64,000 nucleotides of DNA, from contig JAFDHD010000002.1 in assembly GCA_019308995.1 (NCBI GenBank), positions 2,946-66,945 of the forward strand. The letters are read 5' to 3'. The notes beneath the pieces were generated by a model. It saw only the letters and a program-made list of their open reading frames with translations. It ran no database searches and was not told where the DNA came from. The position numbers were made by a program, and so were the translations under genes. The DNA comes from Deltaproteobacteria bacterium. Lineage in GTDB: Bacteria; Desulfobacterota; Desulfarculia; Adiutricales; JAFDHD01. Of the stretch, positions 1-8,995 are shown one piece after another (the first letter of the stretch is position 1; each line of letters opens with the position of its first letter).

Positions 1-46
1 TCTGCCCTCCAGAGCGGGCGCTGGAATTAATAGCAAGTATTTTCAT
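1..46 (-). CDS. N-terminus of a flavodoxin-like / FMN-reductase-like protein (partial, leaves window)
   Basis: ATG at 46 on the minus strand follows an AAGGAGAGG RBS. It reads MKILAINSSARSGGQ, a typical start for this family, but only 15 codons are visible. Confidence 0.3.
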   Translation of the reverse strand, partial: MKILAINSSARSGGQ

Positions 47-81
47 GCTCTTCCTCTCCTTCGATGTTTAGGGTTATTGGG

Positions 82-855
82 TCATAAGGCCCTGTGCCTC
101 ACCAAGCAGCTAGGGCCGTGGGCCGATTTATTTTTTTCTCCCGGCCCGCCTTCTCCTTTCCCGGACATGATGCGGTGCTGAAAAATCCGGTCCACGATGT
201 AAGCCCTGAGGGCCCTGGCCGACTTGGTGATCTCAAGGGTAAAGGCGGCCATATCCTCCATGGAGAGGTCCTGGGTGCGGCGAGCCTGCAGGGCCATCTC
301 ATGGTCAACAATCTGCCGGGCCAAAGGGAGATAGAAGGCGGATTCCTCGATGGTAATCCCCAGTTCCTTACCCCGGAATAGGGTGTGGCCGATAGCCAGG
401 TCCTCGGTGTCGAAACGGTCCTTTTCCAGCGGCATCAGCAGTCCGGCGCCTACAAGGTCGTCCACCTCGCGCCGCGTAAAACCCGTGGCCTGGCAGAAGG
501 TCTTCTTGTCCAGAAGCTCCTGGTCGGCTCGGCCGAAGATGGCCGCGCTCAGCTCAACCAGCGGCTCAACCTCCCGGCTCTGTTCCTGCTTGTTGATCAG
601 GTTCTTGATCACGGCCAGGGGGAGACGGTGTTTGGACTGCATCAGCTTGATAAAGGTGATACGCTCCACGCAGGCCGGGTCGTAGTAAGCCATGTTGCGG
701 CTGGTCTTGATCGGTAGAGGCAGGAGTCCCTCTTTCAGGTAATGGAGGATAGTTGACTTGGGCACACCGGTGGCCCTGACCAGTTCCTTCATCTTGAGTC
801 CTGGAGGCACGGGTTTCTTTTTTTCGGAGGGTTTTAAGGTTTTGGTTTCAGACAT
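82..855 (-). CDS. MerR-family transcriptional regulator
   Basis: ORF 82..912. HTH LKMKELVRATGVPKSTILHYLKEGLLP is MerR-type. Start moved to the MSETK ATG at 855. Confidence 0.8.
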   Translation of the reverse strand: MSETKTLKPSEKKKPVPPGLKMKELVRATGVPKSTILHYLKEGLLPLPIKTSRNMAYYDPACVERITFIKLMQSKHRLPLAVIKNLINKQEQSREVEPLVELSAAIFGRADQELLDKKTFCQATGFTRREVDDLVGAGLLMPLEKDRFDTEDLAIGHTLFRGKELGITIEESAFYLPLARQIVDHEMALQARRTQDLSMEDMAAFTLEITKSARALRAYIVDRIFQHRIMSGKGEGGPGEKNKSAHGPSCLVRHRAL

Positions 856-917
856 ATTTAATATTTCCATAATATTAATCTGATAAAACTTGTTTAGCAT
901 ATTGATTGTCATGTGTC

Positions 918-935
918 AAGTGTTACTTTACACTT
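918..935. promoter_or_regulatory. Inverted repeat AAGTGT-N6-ACACTT, candidate MerR-type operator
   Basis: Perfect 6-bp arms lie about 63 bp upstream of the MerR-like start, in the divergent intergenic region. Confidence 0.3.
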
Positions 936-1005
936 TTTAACAAAAATTTCTGCCTTGACCTGTGGCCTGGTCTCTTCAGATGGGTTGACCTGATCTGATC
1001 GGACC

Positions 1006-1034
1006 TTTGTTTTCACACCTGGTGTGAAAACAAA
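1006..1034. promoter_or_regulatory. Perfect 29-bp palindrome (14-bp arms), candidate regulator or enhancer binding site
   Basis: TTTGTTTTCACACC-T-GGTGTGAAAACAAA lies between divergent genes, about 285 bp upstream of the sigma-54 element. Confidence 0.35.
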
Positions 1035-1303
1035 TGCACAGTTAAGGCTCCTTTGAACCCTTAATAAAGTAAAAGAAAAATATCTTTTAATATTAAATAG
1101 TTATGTAGCCAGTCGGTTTTTAAACCCCAGGTCCTGCCTTCTGATCCTCAAGATTATCCTGCTTTTTCTTTGAACTTTCTTATATTCATGTTCTCTTTTC
1201 CATCTTTAGTGTGAATACGTTTGCACACTTTTCAGGAGGACGCATATGGACTCAAACAAGGTATCTTATTAAAATAACATGATATTTTATAAAAAATCGA
1301 ACC

Positions 1304-1318
1304 TGGCACAGGACTTGC
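1304..1318 (+). promoter_or_regulatory. Sigma-54 (-24/-12) promoter
   Basis: TGGCAC-aggac-TTGC matches the TGGCAC-N5-TTGC consensus exactly. It sits about 44 bp upstream of the ATG at 1362. Confidence 0.65.
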
Positions 1319-1361
1319 CCTATTTCAGGACAACTGGTTGTCCGAACTAGAGGGGGGAAAA

Positions 1362-2006
1362 ATGGAACACTATTATCAAGTCCTGAATCTGGCGCCTAAT
1401 GCTGGCGCGAGTGAAATCAAACAGGCTTACCGGCGGCTGGCCAAGCAGTTTCACCCTGATTCAGCCCGGTTAGGGGCCGGTGATGCGGCCCGGTTTCAGG
1501 AGGTCTATGAGGCCTACCAGGCCCTGATGGGGAATCTGCCAGGATACAAACGCGATTTTCAGGCGCCGGCTGCTTCCTATACAGGCTTCAGGCCGCCTGA
1601 GACTGATGAATGGCAGTTCAAAGGAATCTACCATGAAGGCTTAAATGTGATTTATGTGATCGAGGTCTCTTTAGCGGCCGCCCAGCCAGGGCTAAGGCTT
1701 TACCTGCCATGGAAAAAGGAAGAAACCTGCCCCCGCTGTCTGGGCCTCGGCCACTCCTACGAAACTCAACCCCAGGCGCAATGTTTTACACGCGTGGCCT
1801 GTGCTCGGTGCGAAACACAGGGCGTGATCAGTCATAACACCATCATCGAGGTCAATGTCCCGGCTGACGCCATGGAGCGCGGCGAGTACAGACTCAGAGG
1901 CCGGGGTCATTACGATCCTTTCACGGCTGTCCGGGGGGACCTGATCGTCAAGTTTGAGACCGATTCCTGCTGCCCGGGATGGAAGGCCCGGTCTTACAAC
2001 GCTTAG
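1362..2006 (+). CDS. J-domain protein (DnaJ-like, short, with CxxCxGxG-type zinc motifs)
   Basis: YYQVLNLAPNAGASEIKQAYRRLAKQFHPD carries the HPD motif, and CPRCLGLG and CARCETQG are present. Start set at MEHYY after a GAGGGGGG RBS. Confidence 0.8.
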   Translation: MEHYYQVLNLAPNAGASEIKQAYRRLAKQFHPDSARLGAGDAARFQEVYEAYQALMGNLPGYKRDFQAPAASYTGFRPPETDEWQFKGIYHEGLNVIYVIEVSLAAAQPGLRLYLPWKKEETCPRCLGLGHSYETQPQAQCFTRVACARCETQGVISHNTIIEVNVPADAMERGEYRLRGRGHYDPFTAVRGDLIVKFETDSCCPGWKARSYNA

Positions 2007-2504
2007 GCGGTTGTTATGAAGATATCCAAAGCGCAAAAAAAACCCGGCTTTGAGCTATCCCTTGTGGGCACTAGCGAGATTGCGTCGAATGATTTCAGGC
2101 AGAATCCTGAGCACCGCCCGCGTCAGGAAGCCTTTAAATCCTCTCGTGTCACGCCTTTCCTGAATGCCGCTCAGGCCTCCCGCCTGCTCATGACTCGCGG
2201 TCATTTTATCAACTGTTTCATTTAAGCCAGCCAGGCTGATACAGCCTTTAAGGCTCCTCTTCAGCTCATGTCTGCTAGTCCGCTGGATTAAGCTGGATTA
2301 AGTTGCGATGATGCCAGGCGGTGTGTTATGCTTCGAGGTCAAAAACACCCATTCTGACTAGGATTTTGAAATGGCGGCCAGTTGAGTTTAAAGGCGCTTA
2401 TGGGTGTGATGGCTGTCTTCTGCTGGTAATTAATGCCGTTATCCGTTAGGCTATGGGTCTCGTCACCCCGGTTTAACTCAATAAAACCTAAGAAGGAGGG
2501 AACG

Positions 2505-3215
2505 ATGGATTTTAAAAAAGTAAACGAAGCCCTTAATCAGTATATCAGGCCTCAGACATTTCCCCTGGCTCTCAAGCTGTGCCAATCTGAAGAAGATCTT
2601 CCGGAAAAAGCAAGGCAGCCGCTCAAGGACCTGGGATATCCGGTGACCCTGTGTCAGGCCATGGGCCTGTCGAGGCGTTTCGGGTGGACACTGGCCGTGG
2701 GTAAGGATGATCAGTGCTGCCTGGGCGGCGCCGCGACCATGGGCTTCCTGAAGGAACTACCCGGCGAGGGATTTCCTTTTTCCGCCGAGAAATGTTTCGA
2801 GCCTGGAAAGTACAGTTACCTTGTGTCAGCGGCTCTTGAACGGGCTGAGTTCGAACCGGATGTGGTGCTCATTTACGGGAACTCCGCCCAAGTCATGAGG
2901 CTGGCTCAGGCGGCCAGCCGCGGCATGGAAGGGAGCGTATCCGCCGTTGCCACCGGCTTGGGTGACTGCGGTGACATCGTGGCTGGCACGGTCCGCGGTA
3001 ATGAATGCCGGGTCGTCCTTCCCTCAGGAGGCGATCGCATCTTCGGCTCAACCCAGGATCATGAGATCATCTTCACCATTCCCGGAGACAAGGTCCAAGG
3101 GGTCGCCACGGCGCTGGGAGACACACACAAGGCGGGCTTTAGATACCCGATCCTGACTGACCTGAGGCATCGTCCGGAGCTGCCGCCTTTCCTCAAGATT
3201 CCTGAAGGCTCATAA
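2505..3215 (+). CDS. DUF169-family protein
   Basis: MDFKKVNEALNQYIRPQTFPLALKL...TLCQAMGLSRRFGW resembles DUF169 (COG2043). AAGGAGGG RBS precedes the ATG at 2505. Confidence 0.6.
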   Translation: MDFKKVNEALNQYIRPQTFPLALKLCQSEEDLPEKARQPLKDLGYPVTLCQAMGLSRRFGWTLAVGKDDQCCLGGAATMGFLKELPGEGFPFSAEKCFEPGKYSYLVSAALERAEFEPDVVLIYGNSAQVMRLAQAASRGMEGSVSAVATGLGDCGDIVAGTVRGNECRVVLPSGGDRIFGSTQDHEIIFTIPGDKVQGVATALGDTHKAGFRYPILTDLRHRPELPPFLKIPEGS

Positions 3216-3268
3216 TTTCATTACTTGCAAAGCATATCTTGCGGAAATCACGCCGGGAGGAACCGCAC

Positions 3269-3937
3269 ATGGACCTTATCGAGGCCATCCGAACTAGAAA
3301 GAGCGTCAGGGGTTATAAACCCGATCCGGTTGACAAGGAAATCCTGAGAGAAATCCTGGAAATCGCAACTTGCGCGCCGTCAGCAGACAACAGCCAGCCC
3401 TGGGAGATCATCGTCGTTGCCGGGCAGGCCTTGGATGACATCAAGAAAGGCAATATCGAGGCGTTGATCTCCGGAAAGACCCCCACTTCGGATGCCCCGC
3501 ACCAGCCTTATCAAGGCGTTTACAAAAAGCGGCAGGTTGAGCTCGCGGTGCAGATTTTTCAGTTGATGGATATCGCCAGGGATGACAAGGAGAAGCGGAA
3601 CGCATGGATGCAGAGAGGTTTTCGTTTTTTTGACGCCCCGGCGGCCTTCATTCTTTATACGGACAACTCACTTGACCCCCGGCGCGCCGCTTCGGACGTC
3701 GGCGGGCTGGCTCAGACCATCTGTCTAACCGCGCTGAACTACGGCCTGGGCACCTGCATCACCACGCAAGGCACCATGTTCTCGGATGTGGTCAGGCGGT
3801 TTACGGGTATTCCCAAGGCCAAGCAAATTTACTGGAGTATCACTATTGGCTACCCGGACTGGGAATTCCCGGCAAATAAAGTTCAATCCGCACGAGCGCC
3901 TCTCGAAACCATTACAACCTGGCTGGGTTTTGAATAG
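3269..3937 (+). CDS. Nitroreductase-family protein
   Basis: IRTRKSVRGYKPDPV...APSADNSQPWEIIVV is the nitroreductase signature. GGGAGG RBS present. Confidence 0.85.
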   Translation: MDLIEAIRTRKSVRGYKPDPVDKEILREILEIATCAPSADNSQPWEIIVVAGQALDDIKKGNIEALISGKTPTSDAPHQPYQGVYKKRQVELAVQIFQLMDIARDDKEKRNAWMQRGFRFFDAPAAFILYTDNSLDPRRAASDVGGLAQTICLTALNYGLGTCITTQGTMFSDVVRRFTGIPKAKQIYWSITIGYPDWEFPANKVQSARAPLETITTWLGFE

Positions 3938-4078
3938 ATACTTTAGCGATTGTTAATTTTTTTGATGGAAGCGTTGGCTTCACCATAAGAAAAACATAAA
4001 ATGGGGGCAATCTCCACCGGCTGTTTCCAGGATTATCCATGTTTCAGAACACGATATGTGGTTTTTTATTATTATTTC

Positions 4079-4108
4079 TTGACATTTGCCTCTCAAACGG
4101 CCTAAAAT
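4079..4108 (+). promoter_or_regulatory. Sigma-70-like promoter (TTGACA-N18-TAAAAT)
   Basis: A consensus -35 and a near-consensus -10 lie about 105 bp upstream of the HU/IHF gene. Confidence 0.5.
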
Positions 4109-4212
4109 TCAAGCAATCCTCTTATGAAATCAAGCTGGACCTTAATGTGCTTTAATTGAAACGCCGCAGCGCAGGCAGAAAAAAAGGTGGCCAGCTTTGT
4201 TGGAGAGCATTC

Positions 4213-4512
4213 ATGAACAAATCTCAATTAATCGAAGAATTGGCTATGCGCGAAGGACTGACCCTTAAAACGGCCGAGTTGATCGTCAATAACTTCTTCG
4301 ATTCCATTGCAGACGGCCTGAAGCAGGAAGAAAGGGCGGAGATCAGAGGCTTCGGATCGTTCAAGGTGAAAAGCTACGACGGTTATACCGGCCGAAACCC
4401 TAAAACAGGTGAGCCCAGTGAGGTCAAGCCCAAGAAACTACCAAGTTTCAAAGTGGGTAAGGAATTAAAAGAACGAGTGGACGATTTTAACCTGGAAAGA
4501 AAAAAATTTTAA
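4213..4512 (+). CDS. HU/IHF-family DNA-binding protein (IHF-beta-like)
   Basis: MNKSQLIEELA...RGFGSFKVKSYDGYTGRNPKTGEPSEVKPKKLPSFKVGKELK is the HU/IHF fold signature. Confidence 0.9.
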   Translation: MNKSQLIEELAMREGLTLKTAELIVNNFFDSIADGLKQEERAEIRGFGSFKVKSYDGYTGRNPKTGEPSEVKPKKLPSFKVGKELKERVDDFNLERKKF

Positions 4513-4697
4513 AGGTTGGGAGTTGGTCAAAGGGATTGTCAACTGCAATAATTAACCGGCTTAACTATCGGGAATTCCCTTGCCTTGGGGAAAGCCGAGG
4601 CAAGGGACAGGTTGAAAGGGTTGGAGTTAAAATTAAACGCGGCAAAGAGAGAGAAAAACGTTCCTGCTCATTCTTTCCTTGTAAGGAGGTGAAGTAA

Positions 4698-4847
4698 ATG
4701 ACTGACGTGGTTGGCAGCGTCCTTGCTAGTGTCGGAGTTCTTATGATTTATGTAGGTATCTTTGTGCTTCTGGTTAACATCGGTGCAGCGATCAAAGCCA
4801 TTAGCGAAAAGGCGGGGCCAGGATCCGATAGGCCTTCTACTTACTAG
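4698..4847 (+). CDS. Small hydrophobic peptide (49 aa, one predicted TM helix)
   Basis: AAGGAGGTGAAGTAA-ATG, reading MTDVVGSVLASVGVLMIYVGIFVLLVNIGAAIKAISEKAGPGSDRPSTY. It is below the ORF-track length cutoff. Confidence 0.4.
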   Translation: MTDVVGSVLASVGVLMIYVGIFVLLVNIGAAIKAISEKAGPGSDRPSTY

Positions 4848-5011
4848 AACCGGCCGGGGCAATTGCTCCAGTTTTAACACAAACAAGGCATAAAACGCCC
4901 TTCAGCCAGAAGAGCAAAAACAGGTTTCAGGCGTCTTTCAGCGAGGGGAGGGATATTTTTCTGCTCTTTCCTCAAACCGCTGTTTAACTGATTGATGCTC
5001 TGCCTTTTAGG

Positions 5012-5049
5012 GGAAGGAAGGCCAGGCCTTCCTTCCTCCTCCTTTTTTT
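5012..5049 (+). terminator. Rho-independent terminator
   Basis: GGAAGGAAGGCC-A-GGCCTTCCTTCC (12-bp arms) is followed by TCCTCCTTTTTTT. Confidence 0.65.
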
Positions 5050-5330
5050 CATCTGCCTAGTCAAATAACTCGACAACATAGATGGCCGTGCCTCGGCCTT
5101 GAGCATGGAGACGCCCGGCTCGCTATACAGGTAATGCTTGATTGTCGAACATCAGGAGCGCCGAAGAATTGGCTGTGATACTCCTTCCATGACCAGCCTC
5201 TGGGAAGCTCGCTCAGAATTGCGCCTCACCACCGGAACAGGGCGCAGACCGGCTCTTTCGCGCTTGAAATGTTTTTTTTCAGGGGGAATTCGTTCCAGAT
5301 AAGATTTGAGGGAAGGTCCGGGGTCTAATT

Positions 5331-6410
5331 TCACCGCTCCAGCTGAATCACACGGCCATCCTTCTCCTTTCGCCTCTTGTCCTCATACAGCATCTCATCC
5401 GCCCACTTGAGCAGGGAGGCTGGGTCGTGTATCCCAGGGTCCTGCGTCATGGCGATCCCGTAACTGAAAGTGACCGGGATGGTGATTCTATCCAGCATCA
5501 AGGGGTTTTTCTGCAAAAAGGTCTTGAGGCGCTCGGCTTTTTTGTGAGCCTCGCTGAGTGTCGTGGACGGGAGGATGATTACAAATTCGTCTCCGGCAAA
5601 CCTCGCCACAACGTCGGTTTCGCGGCTCAACGTCGCGAAATGCTTCCCTACGTATCTCAACACCTCGTCCCCGACATCATGGCCGTATCTGTCGTTGATA
5701 GTTTTAAAACCGTCCAGATCGAGAAGAACCAGCGATAAAGGGCTTTCGTAGCGAAGAGCGCGCTTGAACTCCCGCTCTAAAATAGACTCCATGACCCGGC
5801 GATTAAGCAGACCGGTGAGATGATCGTGGGAAGCCGCCAGCCTGAGCTTTTCGTGGGCCGCAACATTCGACAGGCACGACGAAATCTTAACGGTCAATCG
5901 CTCCAGCAGGGTCGTGTCCATGCCCGGACAGTAACGCGTGCTGGAAGGATCGCCGAGATTCAAGCTCCCGATAATCTCGTGGTTTAGTGTAATGGGCGCA
6001 ATCGCAACCGATTTGATCAGGTATTTCTCATGCGGCGGAAACAGCCGGTAAAAGTGGCTCAAGTCCTCGTTGAAAATCAAAGGTTTGGTATTATCCGCAA
6101 CGAGTTTGAGAAGCGTCTCCTTCTCGATGATATTTAACCTCTGTCTGAGCACCTCTGAGGAGGCCAGGTCCCGGATGAAATGAACAACATCGTTTTCGCC
6201 AATTAAAGAAATCCAGACATAAGGAATTTCGAATTTATCTCTGATCTCGGTGAGCAGCCTTTCAAACAGGTCCTTGAAATTGGTGATTGATAGAATGCTG
6301 ACTTCGATCTCAAAAAACTTGTGCGCAATCTCCTCGTTACGCCGCAGCCTTTCAATGAATTCATTTATGTCATTAATATCTTTAACGTTTTTACTGTTTG
6401 AAATAATCAC
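5331..6410 (-). CDS. Diguanylate cyclase (GGDEF domain, A-GDEF variant) with a DUF484/GAF-like N-terminal domain
   Basis: LTGLLNRR...LLDLDGFKTINDRYGHDVGDEVL...RFAGDEFVIILP. N-terminal part has IGSLNLGDPSSTRYCPGMDTTLLERL. GTG start. Confidence 0.85.
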   Translation of the reverse strand: MIISNSKNVKDINDINEFIERLRRNEEIAHKFFEIEVSILSITNFKDLFERLLTEIRDKFEIPYVWISLIGENDVVHFIRDLASSEVLRQRLNIIEKETLLKLVADNTKPLIFNEDLSHFYRLFPPHEKYLIKSVAIAPITLNHEIIGSLNLGDPSSTRYCPGMDTTLLERLTVKISSCLSNVAAHEKLRLAASHDHLTGLLNRRVMESILEREFKRALRYESPLSLVLLDLDGFKTINDRYGHDVGDEVLRYVGKHFATLSRETDVVARFAGDEFVIILPSTTLSEAHKKAERLKTFLQKNPLMLDRITIPVTFSYGIAMTQDPGIHDPASLLKWADEMLYEDKRRKEKDGRVIQLER

Positions 6411-6961
6411 GACCCAAACCTGCTCTGTCCTTGATTCAATAAAGCGACCAGCATCACTAATGTACTTTAAATTATCCTCGGAATCAAGGGTTCAGGTTTT
6501 ATGTCTTGGACCTGAAAACAAGCTCGTGAACCTGCCTCAGCCCGCAGGCTTGATCAGGGCCATCCCCTTCGAGCTTGAAGCTTGACCCCTTGAGCGTTGT
6601 TTCCCGATCGTACGCTTCCTTCTTCTGTCAAGTCTTACCCTATAATACACTATAACTGGTGGTAAGTCAAGATAGAATGTCCATATATTGGGTGTGTTCT
6701 GGGACAGGCTTCCCCTGTTTTTAGTAAATCCAACGTCTAGCTGGAGGCTGACTTGAGTTTAGTCGAGGGTCAGTTTTTCTTACGCCTGGCCCACAAGACT
6801 TGACCGCTTCATAATATTAATGATTTATTAAAACCACTGCCTGCCTGTTGATCAGGCCGTGACAAAGGGGTGAAACCATGTCTTGTGAATAAAGATTCGA
6901 ACAAGGAGAGGCAAGATGGAATTTCCAGGGAGACAGTGCCAGATTTATAAGGAGGTGAGCG

Positions 6962-8758
6962 ATGAGCTTTACAAAAATGCAGATTGTCCTGGCAAAGATA
7001 TTGGGCATGACGGTTTTTATTTTAGCGGCGGCTCTCGTGATGATCCCGGCCGCAGCATACTCTGATGCCGGAGGTAAACCTGTCTGGGACAAGAGGTATA
7101 AATACACCTGGATGAAATGGGGTCAGGAATACTGGCCGACTAAGCCCGTGCGGGGCGGTTACTTTCGCACGGCCGCCGCGAGATACGTCGGTTATATGAA
7201 CCCCAACCACTGGCCGGTCAATGACTGGACGGTCATTTCCCATTTTTATGAGGGAATCACCGGAACGGACGGGAAGTACAACCAGAAGAACCCGTGGCTC
7301 ATGGCATACTGGGAGTACCCGGACCCCCTGACCGTGATCATGAAGTTCAAGGAAGGGATCAAGTTTCACGACGGCTCTCCCATGAACGCAGCCAGCGTCA
7401 AATACCAGATCGAGTGGATGAAGGACAAGCGGAACGGATGCTGGACCCGGGCCGACCTTCGGCGCTTCAAGTCCATCGAGGTGGTTGATGAATACAGGCT
7501 CAGGTGGCGCACCAAGGAGCCGTGGGCTTCCTTTCCCACCGGTTTCTTTGCCTTCATCATATCGGCCGAGGCCTTGAAAGGGGATGTGCTCATCCGGGAA
7601 GCCAAGAACGAGGCGGCCAGAGCTAAAAGGCTTAAAAAGCAGGCCGCCGCCAGCGGGAAAGAAGAAGACAGGAAAGCAGCCGCCAGGGCCGAAGAGGAAG
7701 CCAGGGCCGCGGCCAAAAAAGCAGAAGCAAAAAAGAGTACAGATCATTACCCCTTGGGCACCGGCCCCTTCATCCTCGAAGAAGCCAGACCGGGCAATTA
7801 TGTCAAAGTCAAACGGAATCCCAACTGGTGGTTCGGCCGCAGCGTCGGCCATCCGGATATGCCTTACTTTGACGGCGTCAAGACTACCGTTATTCCTGAC
7901 CCGTCCATACAACTCGCCAACCTGCGGGCCGGAAAGATTGATTCAATGGTTGTCAATAAGGCCCTTTACATCAAGATAAAAAACGACCCCAATTTCAATG
8001 TCCACGTCTTTCCTCACTATACCGTCCGGGCCCTCAGCTTCAACCATGCCGAAGGGCCGTGCCAGGACATCCGGGTGCGCCAAGCTGTTTCACACGCCAT
8101 TGACCGAAAGGCCCTGATTCATGGAACCCAGTTCGGCCTGGGCCGCATAGCCAGCTGCCTCTTCCCGGGCAACCACTGGGCGCACAACCCCAATCTCAAG
8201 CCGTTGAGCTATGACCCTGAGCTTTCCCGAAGGCTTCTGGCTGACGCAGGATACAAGGACGGTCTGAAACTCAAAGGTCATATGGGCAATTCACCCGAAG
8301 CCACGGCCTTAACCGAAGCCATCAAGGCCATGCTGACCAAGGTGGGCGTTAACTGGAAAGTGGAAGCGCTAGACCCGGTTGCCATGACAGATAAGAGAAA
8401 AAATCGCGAATACGATCTATGCGTGGGCGATGTCGGTTATATTCAAGACCCTGACTCATTCGTCAACTGGCTTTATGGCCCCACGGGCAGCTTCAATTGG
8501 GGCCGAAGCAATAACCCGAAGGTTATTCCCCTTATCGAGGCGGGGCGAATAGAGCTCGACCAGGAAAAGCGGGCCAGAATCTATCACCAACTGGAAGAAG
8601 CGATCTACGAAAATTACGAGGACGTCTGGATGTGGTGGGAGATGGTGGCAATGGCCTACCGGAAGTCTGTGCAGGGATTTAACTACGACATGTACTTAAA
8701 GGACCTGAATTTATACTCATACTCACATCCTTTGTGGTTTAAGGACGGACGCCCGTGA
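6962..8758 (+). CDS. ABC-transporter solute-binding protein, family 5 (peptide/nickel type), with a charged low-complexity insert
   Basis: AAGGAGGTGAGCG-ATG with an N-terminal signal/anchor. Family-5 pattern (GTGPF, NPNWW). No permease or ATPase genes are adjacent. Confidence 0.8.
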   Translation: MSFTKMQIVLAKILGMTVFILAAALVMIPAAAYSDAGGKPVWDKRYKYTWMKWGQEYWPTKPVRGGYFRTAAARYVGYMNPNHWPVNDWTVISHFYEGITGTDGKYNQKNPWLMAYWEYPDPLTVIMKFKEGIKFHDGSPMNAASVKYQIEWMKDKRNGCWTRADLRRFKSIEVVDEYRLRWRTKEPWASFPTGFFAFIISAEALKGDVLIREAKNEAARAKRLKKQAAASGKEEDRKAAARAEEEARAAAKKAEAKKSTDHYPLGTGPFILEEARPGNYVKVKRNPNWWFGRSVGHPDMPYFDGVKTTVIPDPSIQLANLRAGKIDSMVVNKALYIKIKNDPNFNVHVFPHYTVRALSFNHAEGPCQDIRVRQAVSHAIDRKALIHGTQFGLGRIASCLFPGNHWAHNPNLKPLSYDPELSRRLLADAGYKDGLKLKGHMGNSPEATALTEAIKAMLTKVGVNWKVEALDPVAMTDKRKNREYDLCVGDVGYIQDPDSFVNWLYGPTGSFNWGRSNNPKVIPLIEAGRIELDQEKRARIYHQLEEAIYENYEDVWMWWEMVAMAYRKSVQGFNYDMYLKDLNLYSYSHPLWFKDGRP

Positions 8759-8810
8759 GCGCAAAAAAAAATTAAAAAAAGACTATCAAACATCCACGGA
8801 TAACACCGAG

Positions 8811-8839
8811 GCGGAGTCATAAACGGCTCCGCTTTTTTT
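8811..8839 (+). terminator. Rho-independent terminator
   Basis: GCGGAG-tcataaacgg-CTCCGC is followed by TTTTTTT, about 50 bp after the SBP stop. Confidence 0.6.
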
Positions 8840-8995
8840 CTTATATGATCCGGATTTTCAATTGACACAAAATCGCTCATCCACTACGATCATCCGGCGA
8901 AAGGCCTTATAACATAAGTACATTTTAAGGCGAGCCTTACTCACCAGCAGTGATTTATATTGGGTCCTGAAGAAATAACAAAAGCAAGGGAAGAA

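Noticed and set aside
856-912. Upstream extension of the MerR-like ORF (MTINMLNKFYQINIMEILN…).
   Set aside because: The extension is AT-rich and non-conserved-looking, and it would run into the candidate operator. MSETK at 855 gives a normal distance to the HTH.
2016-2225. 69-aa plus-strand ORF after the DnaJ-like gene.
   Set aside because: No RBS, no recognisable features, and it lies in a region that may simply be 3' UTR or intergenic.
4668-4886. 72-aa minus-strand ORF in the gap after the HU/IHF gene.
   Set aside because: It has no RBS. It overlaps the plus-strand 49-codon ORF, which has a near-perfect RBS and a downstream terminator, so I preferred the plus-strand reading.
5152-5334. 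60-aa Arg-rich ORF starting with a GTG that overlaps the diguanylate cyclase stop.
   Set aside because: The overlap could suggest coupling. However, the sequence is low-complexity and basic with no motif, and its GTG start has no RBS of its own. That is insufficient support.
7022-7912. 296-aa minus-strand ORF, plus several other alternative-frame ORFs across 7294..7979.
   Set aside because: It lies entirely inside the well-supported plus-strand SBP gene. It is Gly/Arg/Pro-rich with no motifs, which is typical of an antisense shadow of GC-rich coding DNA.
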